This document shows positions 1-13,120 of a stretch of DNA of 64,000 nucleotides, piece by piece. The position numbers and the translations under genes are program-made. Location of the stretch: positions 82,646,001 to 82,710,000 of the forward strand of contig NC_042999.1 in assembly GCF_006345805.1 (NCBI RefSeq), written 5' to 3'. Origin of the DNA: Octopus sinensis. Taxonomy: Eukaryota. The notes beneath the pieces were generated by a model. It saw only the letters and a list, made by a program, of their open reading frames with translations. It searched no databases and was not told the DNA's origin. How positions within the stretch are numbered: the stretch's first letter is position 1; each line of letters begins with the position of its first letter.

Positions 1-1169
1 TGGAAAGATTGTAAGTTCGAAATTACAATGCAGTGGACTTGACTTCATTGTTCATTCCAACTTAACACTTTAATTTCATTTCTTCTAGTTCAATATTTAA
101 AAAATAAATTTTCCCTAATTTAATAAGTTTTGTGGTATTAACAATGCTACAGGGATTTGGATCGTAAATTTATATTTAAAACTATCAGAACAGCTTTGCT
201 TTCCACCAGAAAAATCTGATAAACGTTTCTAGCCATTCATTTCAGCGTGTCAACAGCATACCACTAGAGAGTGGTCGTTTATAACAATCAATCTTCCTTC
301 AGTGAATGGAATAAATGTAGTCCCCACCCATCACCACATATATTTTGTTAAATATTTCCAAGATGGAAACGAAAAGAAAAGAAAAACGGAAAATATTGAA
401 ATAATTTGAAATAGTTGTAAGAAAGATCGAAATGAATAGTGAAATAGTTTAGACAGAGTCACTTAGCTGACCCCATCATCCTATTTCTTTTTTTCAGAAA
501 CATCTATAAGAAAGAGGGAAAGAAAGAAGTTATTGGAAAAACTTATATAAGAACGTTCGAAATAAACAAATAAATTGTAAAAGACCTTATATCGAAAGTT
601 ATTAAAATATGAAAGAGAAACGAAAACATTATTGAAATAACATTTAAACATTTATAAACAAGATTGAAATATATAAATAATGAAAAAAAATTATGAAAAG
701 AAAAAGAAAAGTTATTGATATAACTTCGAAACATCAAAATATTATAAAATATTGAAATGTGAAAATATTTTGATTTGCTCTCTCAAATTACAATTGCTTT
801 AATCCAAAGATAAAATAATTGGTAAAAATAAAATCAAATATATTTTGAAGACAGCGTAAGTTAAACCGGAAGCGGGGGTCGGATGTGAAAAATACACGAA
901 ACTAGGTTTAAAATGGAGACAGAATATAAGAGAGAAGGAAATTATCGTAGTTATTGAAAGGTGTGAGTTTGAATTAAATATGGTGTTTTTCTTAGAATTG
1001 TAAAGATTTTATTGTCATTTTAGATTGATCTTACATCTATGTATAATTTTGGTTACATGTATAGGTATTCTTTAACATTATTATAATAGGATATGGATGT
1101 ATACACAAGTCTATCACGGTGCTTTATGCAGGAAAGGGAACGCTTCCTGGCGCTAATGACAATGTTTCT

Positions 1170-1385
1170 TATTTCTTTACTGCCCACAGAGGGGACAAAC
1201 AAAGATAGACAAACGGATTAAGTCGATTATATTGACCCCAGTGCGTAACTGGTACTTATTTAATCGACCCCCGAAAGGATGAAAGGCAAAGTCGACCTCA
1301 ACGGAATTTGAACTCAGAACGTAGCGGTAGATGAAACACGGCTACGCCTTCCGTCCGGCGTGCTAACGGTTCTGCCAGCTCGCCG
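1170..1385 (-). mobile_element. tRNA-derived SINE, family A (CORE-like centre), full length with target-site duplication
   Basis: Head GCGGCGAGCTGGCAGAACCGTTAGCAC, B-box-like GAGTTCAAATTCC, centre GCCTTTCATCCTTTCGGGGGTCGAT. A 17-bp TSD CTAATG(A/G)CAATGTTTCT lies at 1153-1169 and 1386-1402. Confidence 0.9.
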
Positions 1386-1599
1386 CTAATGGCAATGTTT
1401 CTGAGTTCGTTTGCATCGTCGCTGCTTCACCCGAAATGAGCATAATTCTTGCTAGTTAATAAGTCGTAAAGCAACAGTAACGTTTAGCCTAGTTTATAGA
1501 TTGTCGTTTTAGTAGTATTCCGGGATATTGCATATGTGCCTGTTTTTTTAGTTGTAGTTTTTCAAATAGTAACAGGTACTAAAGATTGAATTACGCTTC

Positions 1600-2900
1600 G
1601 GTGATAAATTGTAACCCTTGCATGTTCAGTGGTCTTTCATTTTAAGTACTTTTCTTTCATAGTGTAGGTGGTCAGTTCTTGCTGAATGTGTGCAACCTAA
1701 TTATTATGCGTAGTACGGTATTTAAAGCTGGTTGTAGTGTCTATTGAAGTTTGTTGCAGGAAACTGGAGGGACTGAGGCAGAACTGTAATAGTCCATAAT
1801 GGATCTGATGTATTTTTTTGTAAATCTTAAAAACTATAGTTCTTTTCTCCATCTGGTCATGTCATACGTGTGATTACTCTAATCATATTTGTGTGTGTCG
1901 GTTTGCTTTCTTTTTTATGTGTTTCATGTGGGTTGCGGACGTTGTGGAACTTCTAGTACTTTTCTCTTCTGTATGCATGATGTTTTTATGTTCTTCAGTG
2001 TGACTTTTGCCTGATTTTGATGGCTTCTGATGCTTCTAGAACGAAAGGATACAAATTTGGTAGGCGCTACTTTAAATGTTGTTGTGGAGAATAGAGGGGT
2101 GAGGTTGAAGCCCTATCCGTAAGAAGCTGTATACTTTTCTGTAAGTGTAAGCGTGTCATATAAGTATAAGGCCAAAAATAATGGAAGCAAGGAAGAATCC
2201 TTGCAGTGATCTATCGAGAAGTTACGTATTCTTAAAGTGTTGTTTTTGTATTTAAGCTTTGCCTTAGCTTGGTATTTAGTGCTTTATGCTGCTTCGCAAA
2301 GTAGTTTTGAGATTTTAGTGAGGAATAGACCCGTAAACATTGCTGAAGTAAAGTAGTTAAAATAAAGCATTTCTGTTGAAACTATCGTATTTTCTGTTAA
2401 TTTTTGAACAGTGTAATGAATGAGTACCTTGATTTGGAGAGAAGAATTTGAGTGAGTTTCTGTCCTCAAGGTTTAACCTTTCTAGAATATTTGAGGGTGT
2501 TTAATGGAGGGTGATGGGTTTGGGTTTCTTCAATAGAGTTTTGGATTAGTCTTTAGAATTGATCATAATTTTACCCAGCTTCAGGTGTTTGGTAATTTGT
2601 CAGTTTTGATATGATTTTCACTGTAAATTCCGAGCGCATTGATTACTTCGATGTATAAATAGATACACGTTTACGATTTCGTCTGAGACTGAAATTTCGG
2701 TATTACTATTGTTTTTGAAGCGTCTAATCAAATAACGAAGTGAAGATCATGGTGGAGTGAAAGTTGCATATTTTTCGTTTTGAATTCCTGTTTTCATTGT
2801 TCAGTTTTGCCAGTGATTTTCTAAGAGATGTATTTATGTGGTGCTTCAATGTGACAGTGTAATTTGAGGCTGTTATAAGGGTATGGAGTACGGTATAACT
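1600..2900 (-). mobile_element. Highly decayed non-LTR retrotransposon ORF2 (Jockey/I-like reverse transcriptase)
   Basis: Minus-strand translation gives remnants in the expected order: CKDSSLLPLFLALYLYD (PQGSxLSPxLFxxYxxD-like), KKAN..NMIRVI, and IYKKYIRSIMDYYSS..KLQ. Many stops and frameshifts. Confidence 0.55.
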
Positions 2901-3959
2901 TGTCATTGTGATTGATGATAATTACGACAGCACTAATTACTTTACATACGTATTTGGGTTTAGTTTTATGGTTTATTTAAGACAAATGATTTACACTTGC
3001 CTGCTTTTCTAAGATATTTTTTTATGTTATTTCCTTGTTTAGTAGTTTGACACTTTGATTTATGTATTCAATCATTTATTTATGTATTTATTTATTTATA
3101 TATTTTGCGTGGGTTTGGTTGTACTGTGTTTGAAGTTTACCATGGCTTTTATGAGGTTGGCTATTTCTAGGGTTTCATAATTGGAATTTTACTGTTTATG
3201 TTGCCTTCTGACATATTTTTGTAAATGCGTCTATTATGATTTTGTCAGATATACGTGCGGCGGTATTTGTGTTAGCGATTGAGGTGCTACTGAATTTGTT
3301 TCAAACCTTAATTCTGCTCTTCGAAGAACTTGTTCTATTGTGCTTTTGAAGTTGGCTAAAGTACGGTTTTTTGTTATTGTTTTTATTTTGCTTTCTTCAT
3401 TGATTTGTGATGATAATTCATAGGTAGTCTGCAGGAAATCGTTTGCCACGTGACTGTAAAAGGTGTGCGTATGGAGTGGAAGGTGGTGTCTGGGGGAAGA
3501 ACTGTTACTGACCGGTTGCTGAGATATGCATGTGTGTGCACGCGATTGCGTATGTGCGCGATTATCTGTGTGCGTGTGTGAGAGAGAGACAGAGAGAGTT
3601 GATGTAAGTTATTTAATATATAAAAAGAGAACTGTTTTGAGAAGATACTGCAAATCACTTTGCCAAAATCTCTCCTGGCGATCGATAATCTGGTGAAACG
3701 GTTGATGAGGGTGGGGTGAGCATATATATATGGGTATGTGCATCTGTGTATGAGCATTTATGTGTGTATATATGTATATATCTGTGCATATCAATATATA
3801 TATTTGAAGATGTGTGTCTGTGTATTTTTGTGCGTATACATGCATAAAGCTTTTAATCATTTAAATAAAATCAGTTTAAAAAGCAATGTTACAAACCTTT
3901 GTGACATATGTTTTCGTATAGTATACATTTTTAGTGTAAGCGCTTTCGTTCTTCAGCTT

Positions 3960-4219
3960 TTCAAATTCACGTGATCTGGACTGATTGACACCCCAACATT
4001 CTGAAATATTCGTATTGGAGCTTCCGACGCGAATGCCAAGCAACACAGTATATCGTTTCCAAATTTCTGACAGAGCGAATTGCGCCATGGTGCTGTTTTT
4101 CTCACGTAGAGTATTGAACTGACTCTACTGTATTGTGTAGACGATAAAATCAAAATTAATCAATGCGCATGCGTGAAGTTAAAGATATAAAATGGCGACA
4201 ATTCACCCATCGCACCCTG
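3960..4219 (-). mobile_element. Left-end fragment of a Tc1/mariner element, same family as 29240-30098
   Basis: Terminal CAGGGTGCGATGGGTGAATTG and the following ~250 bp align by eye with 29240-29490 (GAGAAAAACAG, CAGAAATTTGGAAA, GGAAGCTCCAATACGAATATTTCAGA). Confidence 0.8.
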
Positions 4220-4725
4220 TGCGTGGGGTGTGTATTATTTAATAAATACAGTATATATTCTTATGAGCAATTAATAGTATCATGCGATGAAAAACAACTC
4301 AGACAGCATTTAATAACAAGTATGGTGCCTTCATGCAATCCTCAGACACTACCCACGTGGCATAACAAGCTTAAACAGGATAATATGATGAGAGAAATAC
4401 GACAAAAGGTGACGAGGAAATATATGTAAAAGATGGAAGGTTGAAAACACCGGAAAATGAAATAAAAACAGAAAAAGAGGAGTAGGGAAATATAATTATG
4501 TTCTCTTGACCCTAACGTCATGAGACTGAAAGGATAGGGGTCTAGAGTCTGCAGTACAGCTGCTCAATCTGGAGAGGGTGGTAGTTTCAAGTTCTCCAAC
4601 GGAAACTTATGCATGACTTTACATATGCTGAAAATTTCAAAGGCTTGCATTAAAGCACCAGACGTGTTATTAAATGCTCACCAGATGGAGTGCTTTTTTG
4701 GTGATCTTACCTTCACAGAACAGTA

Positions 4726-4796
<71 letters not shown>

Positions 4797-4904
4797 ATAT
4801 ATATTCATTTATTCTTTTACTTGTTTCAGTCATGTGACTGCGGCCATGCTAGAGCATCACCTTTAATCGAACAAATTGGCCCAACGGCTTCTTTTGTTAA
4901 GAGT

Positions 4905-5160
4905 GTGAAGACACAAGGTCAAATGTTTAGGGTATTGCACTCATGATCTTGCGATAGTGGTTTCGATTCCCAGACCGCGCAGTGTTTTGTGTTCTTTAGT
5001 AAAAATACGTAATTTCACGTCATTCCAGTCGAGTCAGCTCTAACCGAGTAACCTTACGAAGAAATGGCGTCATGTTCGGGGGCGGTGGTATGTTGTGATC
5101 TAGATCACTTATACACCAGGGAAATCAAATAACCGGTCCTGTGGACCCTAAAACTCGAGA
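4905..5160 (+). mobile_element. Diverged tRNA-derived SINE (family D-like)
   Basis: tRNA-like head with GGTTTCGATTCCC B box, resembling the heads at 13864 (-) and 36041 (+). Confidence 0.5.
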
Positions 5161-5291
5161 CAGTAATGTCTGTTTGTACAGAGTTATAGCCTTGCCAGCT
5201 TTCCCGTGTTGTATACGTGACGTGATAAACACCGTTCGACTAGCTTTCTCAAACTATGGCTATCTTGTCTTTTCTGACGTATTATATTAAG

Positions 5292-5515
5292 TATTGGTTA
5301 CAAATTTTGGCATGAGGCCAATAATATCGAGGGAGGGGGTTCAGTCGATTACATCGACCACAGTGCTCGATTGGTACTTATTCTATCGACCCGAAAGCAT
5401 GAAAGGCAGAGTCAACCTCGGCGGAATTAGAACTCAGAACTCATAATGTAAAGACTGACGAAATGCCGCTAGGCTTTTGCCGGTGTGCTAACGATACAGC
5501 CAGCTCACCGTCTTA
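5292..5515 (-). mobile_element. SINE family A (tail type 2)
   Basis: Same head and centre as 1170-1385; tail resembles ...GGCCTTGTGCCAAAATTTG. Confidence 0.8.
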
Positions 5516-5655
5516 CAAAGAACTGTATTTATAGCAAAGTGGGATAAGAGATCGATAACATAGGAATCACGATTTATTTTTAAAGATCATAACGTTAATC
5601 TACAAACTACCTTCTTTCAAATGTGATTCAAACGTCCAGTCATTAGCATGAACAT

Positions 5656-5871
5656 AATCCTTTCTACTATAGGCACAATACCTGAAATTTGTGGAGAGAG
5701 GACTAGTCGATTACATCGACCCCAGTGTTTCACAGGTACTCGGCTTATCGACCCGGAAAGGATGAAAGCAAAGTCGACCTCGGCGGAATTTTAACTCAGA
5801 ACGTAACGACGGGCGAAATACCGCTAAGCATTTCGTCCAGGGTGCTAATGATTCTGCCAGCTCGCTACCTT
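5656..5871 (-). mobile_element. SINE family A (tail type 2)
   Basis: Near-consensus head and centre; tail CAGGTATTGTGCCTATAGTAGAAAGGATT. Confidence 0.85.
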
Positions 5872-6009
5872 CATTATCATGAGCATAATAAATTTCAACA
5901 ACCGTAAAATGTAGCTTAAATTACACTTACCTCATTAGAATAATTCCAATTTGGTAACTGAGTGGTGTGATAATATCCTTGATAATTAACAATGCCATGT
6001 TTCCATGTC

Positions 6010-6172
6010 GATTACAGCGACCCGCAGTCCTCAATTACTACTTATTTTATCGACCCTGAAAGGGTTGACAATCGACCTAGGCGGCGGGATTTTAACTCAG
6101 AACGTATAGAAAGACAAAACGCCGCTAAGCATTTTGCCCGGCATGGTAATGATGCTGCCATCTCACCACCTT
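6010..6172 (-). mobile_element. SINE family A, diverged
   Basis: Head and centre similarity; third copy of a same-strand cluster. Confidence 0.7.
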
Positions 6173-6193
6173 ATATTGTACTATACTCCTTAC

Positions 6194-6508
6194 TCTTTGT
6201 AAGCCTAGTACTTATTCTATCGGTCTCTTTTGCCGAACCGCTAAGTTACGGGGACGTAAAAACACCAGCATCGGTTATCAAGTAATGTTGGGCGGACAAA
6301 CACAGACACACAAACACACACACACATATACATATACATATATACGACGGGCTTCTTTCAGATTCCGTCTACCAAATCCCCTTACAAGGCTTTGGTCGGC
6401 CCGAGGCTATAGTAGAAGACACTTGCCCAAGGTGCCACGAAGTGGGACTGAATCCGGAACCATGTGGTTGGTAAGCAAGCTACCTACCGCACAGCCACTC
6501 CTGCGCCT
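6194..6508 (-). mobile_element. tRNA-derived SINE family B with internal (CA)/(TA) tract
   Basis: Head AGGCGCAGGAGTGGCTGTGCGGTAGG...GGATTCAGTCCC, body CTTGGGCAAGTGTCTTCTACTATAGCC, 3' module CGTCCCCGTAACTTAGCGGTTCGGCAAAAGAGACCGATAG. Confidence 0.9.
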
Positions 6509-6959
6509 ATATGTATCAATGTATTCTCTATGTTTAAACATTTTAAAGACGGTAGGGTAATATTTGAGCATGACTTGCTTATAATTTATTGCAGGTCAAG
6601 CAACCACGGAGACAGTATCTCGCTCGCTTGTATTTTACTTCTTTAGGTGCTTCGAAATTACATGCTAAAACAATGAGTGATTAATTATCTTATATTGACT
6701 ATATTCATTGCATACAAGTGCGTTTAATGTGTGCATGTGTACATGTATGAGTGTGCGCGCGCATGTGTATGTTTATGCGCATCCCTCTTTAAACAACTTT
6801 TAATTATTCACTGTGCGAAATTTTGTAATTATACTTACTATCATTTTGTTTTAGTTGCCCTAATATTTCCAGTTTTAATGAAAAGTATCTCCAACAGTAA
6901 CAAAAGGAAATACTGTTGGAGCAAATATATAACTTTCAATAAATACTCACACGAATAAA

Positions 6960-6967
6960 CACACGTG

Positions 6968-7000
<33 letters not shown>

Positions 7001-7075
7001 TATATAATTATATATGCATTTATGTATACATATATATATGTATACGTATATATGTATATGTATACATATATATAT

Positions 7076-7123
<48 letters not shown>

Positions 7124-7380
7124 CATATATGCATATACACAACATGTATGTATGTACACACACATATATATATAGAGAGAGAGAGAATGAGAGTTATAGA
7201 TATACATATATATATGTATATATATGTATATATATATGTATATATATATGTATATATATGTATGTATATATATGTATATATATGCATATATATATATATG
7301 CATATATGTGTATATATATATATGTGTATATATATATATACATATACATATATATATATATACATATATATATATAAGCA
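6960..7380. repeat. Compound (TA)n/(TATG)n/(GA)n microsatellite
   Basis: Seen directly; source of the YI-repeat ORFs. Confidence 0.95.
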
Positions 7381-7641
7381 ATCATATCCATACATACATA
7401 TATAAAGAAGAAAAATTTTATTTAAATATGAATTTTACTCGTGACAAACACGTACACAGACACAGACACACTCATACAGACTCAGACAGAGTCATGCAAA
7501 AATATACAGATTCATGAATACATTTGAATATATAATCATGTATGAATGTCATATGAATAGATATACGCAAAAACGAACGTCTTCACATATTAAACACATC
7601 GTGATGAATACGATTTCTTATACACACGCACGAGAACATCC

Positions 7642-7699
<58 letters not shown>

Positions 7700-8101
7700 C
7701 TGGATAAAACAACGAATGCATATGTACAATGATACACTGGAATACATTCAAATACAGCACAAATTTCACACGCATACACACGCATGCGATTTCGTTCAAA
7801 TATACAAATATTTCGAGATATGAAGTCTTTCAAAAAAGACACGAAGAGATGCACATACATAAACATCTATGTCACACACACCTACAATTCAAACACACAC
7901 ACATACACACACACATACATATACACATATGCACATGTACATAAACATACAGCCATATACGCTCTCACACTTCTAAATTTATCTCATTTTTCTGAAGACA
8001 TATGCATTATGAATACACGTATACACACGCTCACATTTATATAAACACTCTCTGAAACTATCTCTCCCGCTCTTTCTTTTTCTCCCTCTCTCTACCCTCC
8101 C

Positions 8102-8132
<31 letters not shown>

Positions 8133-8481
8133 CCCTTGGCATCTCTCTCCCTGCTTCTCTGTATCTTTGTCATTTTCTCCTATACACATACATACACACT
8201 AATTATACACATTAGCTAATAAAAATGGAACCGATAAAAAATTCATTTAAATTATTTTAAAGATTTTCCGTTTTTTTTAATTACTTTCGATGTAATTAAT
8301 TTTTAAATATTGCTTCTCTATTAAACATTCTGAAAATGAACATTATTATTTCGTAACAAAAACAAAAAGTCAAAATTGATATTGATTTCTTAATTACGCA
8401 TGGGGCACAAATATTCAAACGTGGGAGGATGCGGGATTATCTAGACCACAGTATATCACTAGTATAATTTCAAACCAGTAA

Positions 8482-8705
8482 AAGGCAGCGAGCTGACAAA
8501 ATCGTTAGCGTGCTGGGCAAAATGCTTAGCTGTATGTCTTCCGATTCATTTCGTTCTGAGTTCAAATCTCGCCGCGGTCGACTTTACACTCATCTTTTCG
8601 TGGTCGATAAAATACATTCTCAGTCAAGTGCTAGGGTCGATGTAATCGACTTACTGCACCCTTCTAAATATCTTGGTTCTTGTGCCAAACTAAGAAACAA
8701 TTATT
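8482..8705 (+). mobile_element. SINE family A (tail type 2), diverged
   Basis: AAGGCAGCGAGCTGACAAAATCGTTAGC head, GAGTTCAAATCTC, GGTCGATGTAATCGACT. Confidence 0.8.
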
Positions 8706-8860
8706 CCAAGCCAATAAGGAAACCACCATGCAGGTACTCGACTCACTGGACTTATCTTTCACAATTACACTCTTCCATCGCGAAAAGAAAATGACAGATG
8801 AGATATTGCATCCCTAAACATTTAACCACTTAATCGAGGATAGAAAAGTAGCGTTTATAT

Positions 8861-9026
8861 TTCTTATTTCTTTATTGTCCAAGGGGCTAAACATAGAGGG
8901 GACAAACAAGGACAGACAAACGGATTAAGTCGATTACATCGACGCCAGTGCGTAACTGGTACTTAATTCATTGACCCCGAAAGGATGAAAGACAAAGTCA
9001 ACCTCGGCGGAATTTGAACTCAGAAC
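8861..9026 (-). mobile_element. SINE family A (tail type 1), head missing
   Basis: Near-identical to 1170-1320 over centre and tail. Confidence 0.85.
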
Positions 9027-10033
9027 TATATATTTTAAGGCTTCCATGACTTGTAAGAAGTAAGGAGGATGTATCCACAAATAACAGGCCTAACACGAAT
9101 GATTTTGTTAGGTTGAACTTCTCTAAAAGCACCCGAGAACCAATGGGTGGTCTAAACCATTTCATTGCGAAATTAAATTTCAGTTTCCAGTAATGATGTT
9201 AAATATCTACCAATATTATAGAATTGGAAATTTCAGGATGTCACGTTGCCTCAGTAAACTTAACATCACCAGACAAAATAGTTTCAGATATGAGATTTCT
9301 CAACAAAAGATAGATTTATATACAAAATTGTTTTCTGTAATAAAAGGTTATGAAATTGAGAAGATATGTTTGCTTTCTGCAGTAAAATGGTTTACCAGAG
9401 AATGAATTAACTTGCCACCTAAGAATTCTGGATGCAGACCACCAGAACGAGGAATTTCGTCCAATATTCTCACAGTTCCACCGATCTACCGCCCTGGATT
9501 AGTAGTCTATTTTATTGACTCTGAAATGAAAAGCAAAGTCGTTTTCGGCAGAATTTAAATTGAGTCTGCAGATAGCTAGATCAAATGAGAAGATAGCCGG
9601 ATGAAATGCCGCCAGGAATTTTGTCGCATGAACTTAAGTTTCTATTATTTACCACCTAGATACACGATACAAGGGATAGTTACGGCTGGAATACCTTTTA
9701 TTCATAGATTTTGACCAGGTTTGATAGTGGGGTAAACTACAAAAATGAGTTACAAGAAAATGTTTAGTAAGTCGCTCTTCTTGCTAGCCCAAGCTGCTGA
9801 CAACACCACCTCAAATAAGACTTTACAGTCTAGGATTTAGGGGTGATGTATTGACAGAATCAGGGAATCGTCCGTCAAAATAACTTGATGCTTATATGTG
9901 AATTATACCAAAAGTAATGTGAGTATATCTTTTCAATAAATACACTTCATTCATATATCACGACAGAATATCTCTTTTTCTATAGTAACTCTTTTACCCG
10001 CGTTTCTTCATTGCAGATAAATAATTGTTTGAC

Positions 10034-10240
10034 AGGTTCAGTCCCACTGCGTGGTACCTTAGGCAAGTGTCTTCTACTATAGCTTCGGGCCGACCAAAGC
10101 CTTGTGAGTGGATTTGGTGGACGGAAACTGAAAGAAGCCCGCCGTATATACGTATATATATGTGTGTATGCGTGAGTGAGTGTGTGTGTGTGTGTTTGTG
10201 TGTCTGTGGTTTCCCTTCCCCCAGCATAAGCTTGAAACCT
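10034..10240 (+). mobile_element. SINE family B, partial
   Basis: GGTTCAGTCCCACTGCGTGG...GGCAAGTGTCTTCTACTATAGC...GAAAGAAGCCCG followed by (TG)n. Confidence 0.85.
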
Positions 10241-11134
10241 CGTGCCTGTCTCAGAATTCTGAGGAGTGGAAGGAAAGGTAGATTTTTCAAGGCAAATAAC
10301 ATACATTGATTAGTTTAATCTGTTTATGTTCTCAAATTAATTCTCACTGGAATCATATTTGTTTATTGTTTCCAGCGTGGTCTAAATTAACCCCTTACTC
10401 AACAATTATTTTGAAATTAAATGTATTTTTTCAGACATATTTTTTATTAGTTTCAGTCAATACATGCTCTATAACTCTTTCATCTATATACAAAGAAAAA
10501 AAAATCAAAAGGACTCATTGTCACTGGCAGACGTATAAAGTGAGCGAATATACTCGTATATGTCAAAAAAGAGTTTATAATAGACGAAGGAACTCGTTTG
10601 CTGTCGATTTTGGCGAGTCTATCTTTTGACGAGTTAACTCGCCAGAGATAGAAAAAAAACGATTTCGGTCAAAACGCATATATTCGTTTCTGCCGGGTAA
10701 GGGGTTAAGTAACAGATTTCCTGAAGCTGATTCAATCTTTTATTAACCTCTATGAATAACTCTCTCGTTCTGCACAAGATGTTTTATACCGTTTAGCTGC
10801 TGGAGAAAAGGACAATTTTTGTGCCGATAATGTCTATTGAAGCAGGAACGTGTTCGCGACTTCTGTTATCTCCAAAGAAAATGTTTGCTTTACCTTTAAT
10901 AGTATGTCGACTTTTTTGAATTCTTTATTGTTGAGATTATCTTTCCCTTGCCATACAGAGCTATTCTTAATTGTAACTTAGTTATTGTGATTTACTCTTT
11001 AGAGCTCTAGAGAATTTCAATAGACGAATAATTAATGTTACATGATATTTGATATATTTGTATATGTTGTTCATATACATGTCACTAGTCACATCTCTTA
11101 GCTTCACTTAGTTCTTCATATATATATATATATA

Positions 11135-11352
11135 AAGTTAATCCAAACATGAAAACACAAAGAGAAAACACAACAACGCGAGGACGTGGAACAAATATAG
11201 TATTATTGGACGCTCAGGAAGGAAGGGAAGAAGAAGGGTTTAACGTTTCGAGCGGAGCTCTTCGTCAGAAACATAGGAAAAGGAAAGATCCAGAGAAGAG
11301 AAGACGGAGGAAAAAATCGCCAACGGTACACACGCGGTCATATTTTGAATGA
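11135..11352 (-). mobile_element. ~220-bp non-coding element carrying a hammerhead motif (Penelope pseudo-LTR-like, family P1)
   Basis: Aligns along its length with 43159-43376, 44188-44395 and 30225-30423. Ends ...GTTTGGATTAACT followed by (TA)n. Confidence 0.75.
11238..11272 (-). ncRNA. Minimal type I hammerhead ribozyme motif, core intact
   Basis: Minus strand reads GTTT-CTGACGA-A-GAGC-TCC-GCTC-GAAACGTT-AAAC: stem I GTTT/AAAC, stem II GAGC/GCTC, palindromic ACGT stem III. Confidence 0.7.
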
Positions 11353-11540
11353 CCGTGTAACTACACACGTGCTGTTAGTGATTTAGTTTCCTTCTTTGGA
11401 CTTTTCCATTTCTCTTCTCCGACGAATTACTATGCTCGAAACGTCAAACTCTCTTTTTTTACCGAGCGTCAAGTTAATACATTCCTTGTGCACGTTCTCT
11501 TGTTGTCCGTTAATTCTATTCGTTTATTTGAATTGACTAT
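11353..11540 (+). mobile_element. Diverged inverted copy of family P1, directly abutting the previous copy
   Basis: Same module order; decayed core CCGACGAA...GCTCGAAACGTCAAAC at 11419-11449; ends GAATTGACTATATA. Confidence 0.6.
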
Positions 11541-11660
11541 ATATGTAACGCATGTATGTATGTATGTATGTATGTATGTATGTATATCACGGAAAGGATC
11601 CACAATGGTGATTCCAAGAGAAAAATGGATCTGGTTTCTGAAATTTGCGCCCCAGGGAGA

Positions 11661-11884
11661 AGGCTTGGCAGAATTGTTAGCACGCCGGCGCCGGGCGAAA
11701 TGCTTAGCAGTATTTTGTCAGCCGCTACGTTCTGAGTTCAAATTCCGCCGAGGTCGACTTTGCCTTTCATCCTTTCAGGGTCGATTAAATAAGTACCAGT
11801 TACGCACTGGAGTCGATATGATCCACTTAATCTGTTTGTCTGTCCCCTCTGTGTTTAGCCCCTTGTGGGTAGTAAAGACATAGG
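11661..11884 (+). mobile_element. SINE family A (tail type 1)
   Basis: Near-consensus head, centre and tail TGTTTAGCCCCTTGTGGGTAGTAAAGA. Confidence 0.9.
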
Positions 11885-12756
11885 TTATTAATGACCACAA
11901 TACAAAGTTTCAACGAGAATTAACTCAACTTCCAGATCATTAACATTGAATGTCTTTAGAAGCTACCATCTTTAACTCACGATTACCTAAGTATGTGCTC
12001 GTTTGTATATGTATGTGTCGCCTCTTATAACTGCCTGTCTGTCTATCTTGTTTTGTCTTTCACGCTTTTCTCCTCTCTATATATATACCACACACTCTCT
12101 CATTTCCTCACTTTCTCTCTCTCTCTTTCTGTATATATATATATGAGTGTGTGTGTGTGTACCTCTCACACTACTCCCTCCCAATCTCTCTTCATATCAC
12201 ATGTAATGCAAATCAATCACAGGCGATGAGAGGACGATATGTGTATGTGCGTTGCGGTTATTTATTTACGTCTCTCTAGCTGACTATCTTTTATGATTTT
12301 CTCCTTGTAAACTTAACCTCTCTCTATACATGTTTACCACAATCTCTCTCAACCTCTCTCAGTATAGGTATATCTCTTACGCTCAGTGTGCGTATGCTTG
12401 TATATGTATAGTTGTATGTGTCAGTATGTGCTCATGCATGTGTGTGTATATGCACGTGTGTGCATATGCATGTGTATGTGCTAGCACTCATGTGCGCGTG
12501 TGTGCATTTATATATCTATAGGAAGTAGCCTTCTACAAACAACTTCAACGACAATTGTGTCCACTACTGAAAGTTATATATTTGGAAATAACAGATCAGA
12601 ATTTATTTTCCATTCGTACACAACTTAATAATTCATTCTTATTGGTCAAATGGATTAACTATGTTCATTTCGTAGCGTCCTCACTGTAAAAAAAACCAAG
12701 CATTGTAATGGAGAGAGGATGAAGGATTGTAATTGGGCAGGGTGGATCAGGTACAT

Positions 12757-13105
12757 GTTAGTTAGTTAGTTAGTTAGTTAGTTAATTTGGCTCAAAAGCA
12801 AATAGCAAGGGCATGTAGGGGGATATGAAGTTAAGTACAGGGTGGTGTTCATGTAAAGAGTTCAGGCCACTTGAGGTCCAGGGAGGCTTTGAGCAAAGCG
12901 GTCGTCGGCATCTTCACCATCTCGTCTGGCAGCTTGTTCCACGGATCCGCAACCCGGACGGAGAAAGCTCCTCTCCTTCCATTGAGATGAAATCGTCGCA
13001 GGTAGAGCTTTTCGGAATGACCCCGCAGCCGACGCTCCGGAGCAGGAGTGAAGAACTACATATAGTGAGTCCTCTCACAGAAATTTATAAGGAATTCGTG
13101 TAAAC
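12757..13105 (-). mobile_element. CR1-like LINE, 3' end with (TAAC)n tail
   Basis: Minus translation LRGHSEKLYLRRFHLNGRRGAFSVRVADPWNKLPDEMVKMPTTALLKASLD resembles the CR1 ORF2 C-terminus (RGH..KL...FFS.RV...WN.LP); short 3'UTR and tandem tail. Confidence 0.85.
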
Positions 13106-13120
13106 ATCTTTTGTCTTCTA

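Noticed and set aside
6841-7517. Long YI/IY/CV/HT-repeat ORFs here and throughout (e.g. 16078-17522, 34190-34613, 63561-63993)
   Set aside because: Read-through of stop-free microsatellites; no protein-like complexity.
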